Positions 44,318-53,687 of a stretch of DNA of 64,000 bases are shown piece by piece. Location: positions 248,001-312,000 of the forward strand of contig JAHLTZ010000026.1 in the NCBI GenBank assembly GCA_025786725.1, written 5' to 3'. A model generated the notes under the pieces. The model saw only the letters and a program-made list of their open reading frames with translations, searched no databases and had not been told where the DNA came from. The stretch comes from Syncephalis fuscata S228. Lineage: Eukaryota; Fungi; Zoopagomycota. A program made the position numbers and the translations under genes. The first letter of the stretch is position 1; the number at the start of each line of letters is the position of its first letter.

Positions 44318-45743
44318 CTAATTAAACAATTTGGCATCGATTGCATTAAATAGTGTGTATGTTCCAGCTAACACACTAATAATGCCGGTAAATAAAGCAA
44401 ATGTTGTAAAAATGGCTCTAGAGTCAACTGTGCTGGCTGATTGAGCTTTTGACTGATTGTCATTTGATGCAGCATCCTTGTTATTTGGTTTATCTTTCTT
44501 ATTCAATTCTACCGACAATTGTTTATGCTTGTCTGTAATTGGATAATGAGCGTGTGTCAATTCAGCGCTTTGCATTCCACCAAAGAAATCCATTACAGAT
44601 ACCTAAATATAGTATGATAAATAAAAGTAACAAATACAAAACTGATAGCTTACTTTATCCAATGATTTTGAGTACAAGTCTAATCGAACGCCATGATTAG
44701 ACCGCATTAAATCAAAATTAAATGTATCAAACTAGTTTTATTTGTTAGTATTAAACAATAATGCTTATTTATGGTGGCTACATACCAATTGTTGGAAAGT
44801 CGTACTATTATCCTTATTATTGACATTCTCCATAAATTTTAATGTATAATAGGTATATCTATCAATGACAGCCACGCCAAGGTCACCATCGGCCTGGTAT
44901 GAATAGGAGTTTTCACCACGCTCACTACTACCAGTAGCCAATACATTAGGCGAGTCGATTCGTTCGTATAGCGTATTAGCTTGACAAGTATCTATCATAA
45001 ATAGAATTTCATGGTATCTAATAGACAATAAGCGTTAATATACAATAATTGATCAGTAAATTGCTTGTTTTACCGTCGTTTCTCGTGCATCTGTGCTATT
45101 GCATCAGCAATATCCTGTCCACCAATCTCTTCTGCATCTTGAAACTTAAGAAAATCGTCGCCACCATGTCCGGCCATAAAAATAAGAATATTAGATCGAT
45201 CGTCGGTCAATAATCGCTTTGAACGAGGCACCTCTGGCGTGTGGCGACCCGTTAAAAGACGAATAAAGTTTTCAACTGTAACATCGTAGCCGCGATAGTC
45301 GACTTCGATGTTCTGTCCAACTAGTTCAAGCTGTTTGCTCGCACTATTGTACACGGTGCCTGGATAGGCGTTACGTCCGTTACAGGCAACATCGTCGGCA
45401 AGCATTAATATAATATTAGTATCAGGAATTCCAAGTCGTTTAACTGTGCGATAGATGGAAAGTGTATCGGCAATATGGCGATAGTTGAACCAGTACCGAG
45501 AAGTACACACCTAGATTGCAACTTTGTTATGACTCTTGCGAATAAACAACAGCTCTACATGCTTACTAGAACAGCCCAATTATTTGTATGACCAGTGCTG
45601 CCAAAGAATTCACGTAATCGCGGCTCAGTCGTGGCTGCATCAGGCACCACTGTTTCTACAATAGTATCGCCCTGTACTAGTCCCAACAGTAGCTGTTGGT
45701 ATAGTGCCAGCAGTGACACTAGCCACCAGTATATAGTACGCAT
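44318..45743 (-). CDS. GPI8: GPI transamidase catalytic subunit, copy A
   Basis: HTNNWAVL|[16 protein letters not shown] (catalytic His), DTCQA (catalytic Cys), signal peptide and C-terminal TM. Confidence 0.95.
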
Positions 45744-46059
45744 CTCTGTACTGTATATACTACAGTAAACAATAGAATATATCAAATAGACCAACAGTAG
45801 TCACAGCAGCAACACCAACAATAACAGCAGCAATAGTGGCAAATAGTAATAAGCAAGATGAAAATAAGTAAGAGAAAGGAGAAGACCAAGAAGGAGACAA
45901 TATATTTGTGAGGTGTAAATACGAGAAAGCGTCACCACTTTATTTCTTTACTCTAGTCGAAAGATTTACGCCAACTTAGACAATTCACTGCACCTTACTG
46001 CCTTCGACTGCATTGGAATAAGTCCTAGTGTATCTGTTTGGTATGGGTTAATTAGTTTT

Positions 46060-47090
46060 TACACAATTTGTTTATAAATAATTTATTAAACCGCTTAAAA
46101 TGATTTGGTAGTCAAATGACTACAATTAATTATACTCGCGTAATTGAACTACACATCTTTCTATCGAACATGATGGTGGATGGTGAGTGACATCAAAGGT
46201 TAAAATACTCATCACCATAGATTTGATATTCAGTATGCATATATACTATATTACAAATATCATTCCCCTTCTATTCCATACTACCATATAGCACGCTATA
46301 ATATCTAGATACATTCTATTGTTTATAAGTTGCATTACACTTTACTCATTCCTTTCATTGCATTATATGCACTATAACATCAATACCGTTTTATATGCCT
46401 TCTTATTGTACATTTATCATTTTATATACTATTTCATAATCACCTATTTTTCTCTATCCAAAGCTACTTTTATTTTCGCTCTAGCTTTATTATTAATAAA
46501 TGTCGACTAATGTCGGTCATTGATCATGTATAAATGCTCATTAGCTTGAGCATTGCTAATCGCGTTCAATACTGCATATTCATTATATTTTTATATCAAT
46601 TTATTGTCTAATAAATACGCATCAACTATTGCAACTGTTTTTTTTACCTTGGTACTATCATTAATAAATCTCAACTCATTCATCTCATTCATTCGGCAGA
46701 CTATATGTAATTGAAACTTATAACAATACGATGTATTCAGTATAACATATAATGATACATAGTAGTGTGGGACAGAATGTGAATAATGTAAGTAAATGGA
46801 GGATATATGCATATTGGACAATAAAGCTACAATAATGAGTATTTGATGACTGATGTCACTCACCACCCATCATCATGTTCAATAAATTGGATGTTATTAA
46901 ATGTAGTCATTTGACCACCAAACAAAACAATAAGTGTGATGATGTGACGATTAAATAAAACTCACCACTCGTCCCCATGTTCAATAGAACAAAAATGTAG
47001 TTCAACTACGCGAATGTTATCACTTGTAGCCATTTGACCTTCAAATGACACGAAAATGCTAATAAATGGTTCATAAACAAATTGTATAAA
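46060..47090. repeat. Degenerate inverted pair of the dispersed repeat (MITE/foldback-like relic) in the duplication spacer
   Basis: 46061-46195 reverse-complements 46851-46920 and 46960-47088 (e.g. tgatgtcactcacca, catgttc, tgtagttcaaNtacgcga, tgtagNcatttgac, ataaacaaattgt). No transposase ORF. Confidence 0.65.
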
Positions 47091-47256
47091 GTTTATTATC
47101 ATTTATAGCAATAAATATTCATATAATACTAAATATATTATTTTGTTTTCTGCTTATTTAACAAATTATTTACAAATCAATACAATTAATAAAAGTCAGC
47201 TATAATTAGCTTAATAGGTCAGAATAAACAGTATATTATTATGCATCCGCTGCAAT

Positions 47257-48196
47257 TTATTCGCCGACTACGTCCCATCGTCCGCGTCGTTTAGTGCTTG
47301 TTTTCCCTACTGCTCATTTGTGTTAGATGCATTCATACTGAATAGTTAAATTAAGCTTTTAGTTTACCGCTTGGTGACTCGGTAGTATTTGTAGTGGTGG
47401 CCACAGCCGGCGTAGTGCTAACAAACTGTATTTGTGAACGAGCATGATGCGCTAATGCTCGCTCTTCGGCCTTCCGTTGTTGTTCTTTGACTAAAATTAA
47501 TAATTAGGCGTGTAAACATTTTTAACTACTTGGTATATATATATATATATATGAATGTATATGCCAGTAACTAACCAATTGTTTCCGCATAGCCTGATGC
47601 CGGAAAGCCGTGAGGATCATATATTTCCTTAGGTAAATTGGAACCAAACTCATCTAATTCAAAAAACTCGACTAGCTTTGCGTAAAGCTGTGGGTTTCGA
47701 AAGGCTTGACTGCCAAGTAGACGATCATTAAAGTAAAGTTGATCGTTTTTCATTAACTCGTGCCAATTGGCAATTTTGGCCTAATTTGTTGCTATAAACA
47801 TACTTGTTTTAAACGCGTCAATCAATTTAAAAAACTTACTTGAAAATCTTCGTCACAAATAGCCGTCGTTGGTGATGCTAGACCCCACTCAGTTGTGGCA
47901 CCAGGTATAGGAGGTGGCCAGGGATAGCTTAATGATTCGGGCTGAACCGTCTCTTGTTGATCAACTTCTATAGCGACAGGCAGTTGTTCTGTATTATCAG
48001 ATTGACTATCATTTTGTGGAATATCTGCAGTATCAAGCTTAGTGCTAGCTTGTGGTGAAGCGGTTTTTGTCGCGCTAGCATCAATGTTATCCACCCGACT
48101 AGCAATTGGTTGAGGTGTTGGTTTTGGACTACTGGTCTCGCTATCACTGTCCGAACCGTAGTCTGATCCCACAAGAGAAAAGCCTATTTGACTCAT
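47257..48196 (-). CDS. HCNGP/SAP30BP-like protein, 4 exons
   Basis: SLVGSDYGSDSDSE N-terminus; FNDRLLGSQAFRNPQLYAKLVEFFELDEFGSNLPKEIYDPHGFP; IQFVS; RRGRWD C-terminus. Confidence 0.88.
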
Positions 48197-48495
48197 ACCA
48201 AACAGATACACTAGGACTTATTCCAATGCAGTCGAAGGCAGTAAGGTGCAGTGAATTGTCTAAGTTGGCGTAAATCTTTCGACTAGAGTAAAGAAATAAA
48301 GTGGTGACGCTTTCTCGTATTTACACCTCACAAATATATTGTCTCCTTCTTGGTCTTCTCCTTTCTCTTACTTATTTTCATCTTGCTTATTACTATTTGC
48401 CACTATTGCTGCTGTTATTGTTGGTGTTGCTGCTGTGACTACTGTTGGTCTATTTGATATATTCTATTGTTTACTGTAGTATATACAGTACAGAG

Positions 48496-49915
48496 ATGCG
48501 TACTATATACTGGTGGCTAGTGTCACTGCTGGCACTATACCAACAGCTACTGTTGGGACTAGTACAGGGCGATACTATTGTAGAAACAGTGGTGCCTGAT
48601 GCAGCCACGACTGAGCCGCGATTACGTGAATTCTTTGGCAGCACTGGTCATACAAATAATTGGGCTGTTCTAGTAAGCATGTAGAGCTGTTGTTTATTCG
48701 CAAGAGTCATAACAAAGTTGCAATCTAGGTGTGTACTTCTCGGTACTGGTTCAACTATCGCCATATTGCCGATACACTTTCCATCTATCGCACAGTTAAA
48801 CGACTTGGAATTCCTGATACTAATATTATATTAATGCTTGCCGACGATGTTGCCTGTAACGGACGTAACGCCTATCCAGGCACCGTGTACAATAGTGCGA
48901 GCAAACAGCTTGAACTAGTTGGACAGAACATCGAAGTCGACTATCGCGGCTACGATGTTACAGTTGAAAACTTTATTCGTCTTTTAACGGGTCGCCACAC
49001 GCCAGAGGTGCCTCGTTCAAAGCGATTATTGACCGACGATCGATCTAATATTCTTATTTTTATGGCCGGACATGGTGGCGACGATTTTCTTAAGTTTCAA
49101 GATGCAGAAGAGATTGGTGGACAGGATATTGCTGATGCAATAGCACAGATGCACGAGAAACGACGGTAAAACAAGCAATTTACTGATCAATTATTGTATA
49201 TTAACGCTTATTGTCTATTAGATACCATGAAATTCTATTTATGATAGATACTTGTCAAGCTAATACGCTATACGAACGAATCGACTCGCCTAATGTATTG
49301 GCTACTGGTAGTAGTGAGCGTGGTGAAAGTTCTTATTCACATGATGTGGACAAAGATCTTGGCGTGGCTGTTATCGATAGATATACCTATTACGCATTAA
49401 AGTTTATGGAAAATGTCAATAACCATGATAACAACACTACTTTTCAACAATTGGTATGTTAAATAAGTAATATTGTGTTTAATACTAACAAATAAAACTA
49501 GTTTGATACATTTAATTTTGATTTAATGGAATCTAATCATGGCGTTCGATTAGACTTGTACTCAAAATCATTGGATAAAGTAAGCTATCAGTTTTGTATT
49601 TGTTACTTTTATTTATCATACTATATTTAGGTATCTGTAATGGATTTCTTTGGTGGAATGCAAAGCGCTGAATTGACACACGCTCATTATCCAATTACAG
49701 ACAAGCATAAACAATTGTCGGTAGAATTGAATAAAAAAGATAAACCGAATAACAAGGATGCTGCATCAAATGACAATCAGTCAAAAGCTCAATCAGCCAG
49801 CACAGTTGACTCTAAAGCCATTTTTACAACATTTGCTTTATTTACCGGCATTATTAGTGTGTTAGCTGGAACATACACACTATTTAATGCAATCGATGCC
49901 AAATTGTTTAATTAA
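48496..49915 (+). CDS. GPI8: GPI transamidase catalytic subunit, copy B
   Basis: Same motifs as copy A; carries the more canonical ESSYSH segment. Confidence 0.95.
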
Positions 49916-50352
49916 TATAATGTACTATTGATTTTTGTCGTGATAATAGGTAATAAATGCTATACATTAATATTTATAATACAAATGTAGTTTAACTATG
50001 TAACTACACTTTAATTATAATGTTTCACTAAATTAAACATTATAATTGCTAAATGTTTATTTGTTAATGCTATACTTGCTATTCCTATTTACAGTAACAA
50101 TATTATAACTATTATATACACGTAGATTCAATACAAATCCAGCATATTTATTTCAATCCATTACGTTTATTACAAAAAAATAGAATTCGTTTCACTTTAA
50201 CAATATAAATTATACTTTTATAGGTATGCATATGCGCAATAAGAATGAGATAAAGTTAGGAACTAAAATACCATCATCGATAATATTACGACGTCTTTTT
50301 ATGCACACTCTAGAGTCAATTCTACGAATATTTGCATTAATCACTATTTCTT

Positions 50353-51349
50353 CTAGTATCGACGTCCACCGCCTTCTTCGTTAGGAGGTGGGCCACGATG
50401 ATAATCACCGCCAGGTGGTGGTCTGCGATAATCGCCACCGTTGCTCATGTGTGGCGGAGGACCGCGAAAATCACCACCATGAGGTGGTGGTCCACGAAAT
50501 TCACCACCAGGTGGCGGCCCACGGAATCCACCTCCCGGTCCACCTCTAAAATCTTCTCTAGGTGGACCGCGAAAGTCTCCTCTTCCTCCATGGTGATAAG
50601 GCCCATTATGGTGTGATGGCGGACCACCACCGCCGTAGCCACCACGACCCGGTGGCCCATCATTAAACTGGCCTGGTGGTCCACCGTGAGACATAAAAGG
50701 CCGTGGCGGATACGGACCAGGCCGTCCACGCCATCCACCTGGTGGTCCTCCGCCACGTCCACCTCTGTAGCCGCCACGACTTGGTGGGCCAGGATCTACC
50801 ATTGGCGGCATAGGTGGGAATGCACTAGCTGGTGCAAGTAACTCTAGAATAAAATAAAAATTAATTATTAATTAGTTAGTTAATTAATTAAAAATACACG
50901 TTATCTGGCATAGCAATCATTTTACCTGGAGGTGGCTCCATATTAACATCACGGAACGCTTTAACCAGTCTTTCAATAACCGCTTGAGTTTTTTCAGGAC
51001 TCAATTCTATATTTATTAATTATATCGCGTTAGTCTATTGTATATATTTACATAAATGTTTATTTATTCTTGATGCATTGTAATCGCCAATTTATTTTAC
51101 TTTGCTTACTTAAATACAACAATCTTTATCTAGCAATCGTACTTACCTGCATAGTAGTTGCGTACATGCATAGCATGCTTCCAACCGGTATTGTGCGCTC
51201 TTCGCACCGATGCCGAGTCATGCGTCAAAAAGATGTCGCAATAATCTAAATAAATTATAAGTAGTATCATATTATTAGTGTTATTAGCCGATCTAGATCT
51301 TAGATGGATCGTATTGTTAGCCATACTTACCACAGTAGTATTTAGGCAT
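50353..51349 (-). CDS. SNRPC: U1 snRNP protein C, 4 exons, Gly/Pro/Arg-rich tail
   Basis: MPKYYC|[29 protein letters not shown] matrin-type zinc finger; tail with repeated DFRGPP. Confidence 0.95.
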
Positions 51350-51878
51350 GGTGATTGCTTGCAACACCTACCATGAATCAAAAAGGTCGACGAGTAATCC
51401 CCACGCGAATATATTTAAGGAAAAGAAGAGGGAGAAGCGTAGCGTATCAATAGTGAAAAAAGACCGATTATAATGTGAATACCCTTTGGCTCACACACAC
51501 ACGCATAAAGTATGCTCACCTACACTTCTATACACTGACAATAAAGTGTATTGGATCGAATTGAAATAGAACAATTCAACTTGGTCGTTTATCTATAAAA
51601 CCACACCTTTCCCCCCATCTTTTCTCGGCAACTTCTCTTCCTTTTCAACTTTTATTGGAATCATAGTCGTTTACAAGGCTCACATACGTGTTTACACACA
51701 CGCCTTTTGATCAATCCATCTCGTTTACTACTAGTTTATCTGTTTGCGTAGACTAATTGATCGTTGATCGTTTATCTACTGCCTACTGTATTCACTACTA
51801 CTACCACCGCTCTTACAAGCATACACTGCTCCAAGCACACTACTTTTCTTCGTAAATAGTGTTGCGGGAATACCCCTG

Positions 51879-52009
51879 GTGAGTTTTATGATGCATCGTG
51901 TGTCTACAGGCATATACTTGGCTATACAAGCTGTGTTACCGCAGTACACTGATAGGCCTATTTGTATATGGTGTACTAATCGGCTGTTTTCTTGACGTAT
52001 ATTCTATAG
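51879..52009 (+). promoter_or_regulatory. 5'UTR intron of the antizyme gene containing a 35-codon uORF (51888-51995)
   Basis: CTG|GTGAGT donor, TACTAAT branch (51974-51980), ..TCTATAG acceptor; TATAAAA at ~51594 upstream. Confidence 0.65.
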
Positions 52010-52317
52010 GGTCGTCCCGCAGTTAGTTACCAGCACACTGGCACAAGCTCTGGTTATTCTTTTATTCTCATCCTCTTCCTGCTGTAGTAAAGACAACAAT
52101 TGTGTCTTAACTATCGAACTGTAAAGCGAGCAACTATCACTCGTCTTTGTCTTTATTACTGTGCTTTTATCCTTCTGACCTTTTATTTTAAACCACTTTC
52201 TGCTATTTGCTGTGCCGTTTGATCAACAACACGATCATCTGCCCAGCTACTGTCTTGACTATACGTCCTTTTTCTTTTACCATTTCTCGCGCTACCGCCG
52301 CCACCACCACCGCTAAA

Positions 52318-53032
52318 ATGTTTGCCACACCAACTGTATCTGCCGAGGCGAGCAATAATAATCATCCATTAAATAGTAGTATACCAATGCAGCAGCTCCC
52401 TGCCGGGCAATTTGGAGCTGCTGCACCTTTGATCGCCAGCCCGGTAGAGGCAGCTGAATTCTGCCTTGCTACTTGCTGCTTGCGTCGTGCTTCTAACAGC
52501 CGCAAGGAAAATTACGTTTATACGATCGGTAAAAAAGCCGGGTGGTATGTTTGACACCCCTTCGGCTAAAAATGACACAGGAGGACGAATAGGCGGCGTA
52601 TGTACTGTTGGCGAGGACGAACGTAACTGCAGCGATTCTGCAGTATTGACGTCATCTCTGGCCAGCCATGTGTTCCCTGGCCGCTCGATTACTATTGACG
52701 CTATGTTGCAAATCAGTTCTACTGCACATACACAGCAGTCTACTGACAGCAATAACCATTGTAATTGGGAGGCATTCGTTGCCAATGAAGTGATGTTTGT
52801 ATGCCCACCAGCATATGATATTTGGGCTGCCAACGAGTTCAGAGAAAGCGTTATTGCTCTTCTTGAACTGGCCGAAGGCATTAACTGTGGCCAAGTAGTT
52901 ATCTGTCTTAAGAAGGAACGTACCGACTCATCCGACATGATGCGCGCCTTTATGTATGCCGGTTTTGAGCTTGTCTATCCCAACGTGTTCCAGCATGACT
53001 CGTCCTTCGTTCTACTTGGTTCTGAAGTGTAA
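52318..53032 (+). CDS. OAZ1: Ornithine decarboxylase antizyme, decoded by +1 ribosomal frameshift (ORF1 52318-52551 + ORF2 52553-53032; 237 aa)
   Basis: ORF2 carries the antizyme domain FRESVIALLELAE..C..VVICLKKER.D...MMRAFMYAGFELV. ORF1 (78 codons) ends GGG-TGG-TAT-GTT-TGA-C, with ORF2 in the +1 frame. Confidence 0.93.
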
Positions 53033-53687
53033 CGTGACTACTCACCAGTAATACACTCGTCCCGTCTATTCTTATCCCTTTAGTCGTTTACCATTCGCTA
53101 CTATTACTACTACTGAATTTGGATGTTATACAACATTATCTATTGATATCATTAATCGATATTAATATCGAATTAATGGTTGTTATGGATAACATGCGCG
53201 CGTGTGTGTATGTGTGTGGCTGCGATGATTTATCATTGTATCCATAGTGTTGTGCATCTGTTTTCTTTTACCATCGCTATTAGTCCGTATTTCAATAAAA
53301 TCGCCGTAAATAAAATAATGATGTGTTTATTAATTACTGATTACAATATGCAGACTCAATACTAACAACAATTAACCAATGAAATAAAGATCTGAGTGTA
53401 ATAAGCAGCCAATCGATTCTTTCCAGCACACACACACACACAATGTACAGATAGCACAGTAGCTGTATTGATACGTCTTACGCCTCTTCTCGTTTGTTAT
53501 TGACACGTCTATTATTTTGTGGCTTAAAGCTGACGGTGTATCCGCTCATCCTGCATCGTTTCATTTGATTGTTGCTATTTTTATTGTCATTTATAAGCAG
53601 CGGTGCAGCTAGAGCGAGTATTCAACAGAGTATTTGGCGTTATCGTGGAATTCACTCTAGATTCTTGTTTGCTACTAATCGCCAACT

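Larger units (their letters stand above)
44265..49970. repeat. Inverted segmental duplication: arms ~44265-46045 and ~48194-49970, spacer ~2.15 kb
   Basis: Arms are reverse complements (in the 5' part coordinates sum to 94239). They cover GPI8, the shared promoter and the ATG of the SAP30BP-like gene. Confidence 0.95.

Noticed and set aside
51860-52025. TPP riboswitch or Ire1/HAC1-type intron in the antizyme leader
   Set aside because: No CUGAGA or GAUAA-type TPP core, and the boundaries are canonical spliceosomal GT-AG with a branch site.
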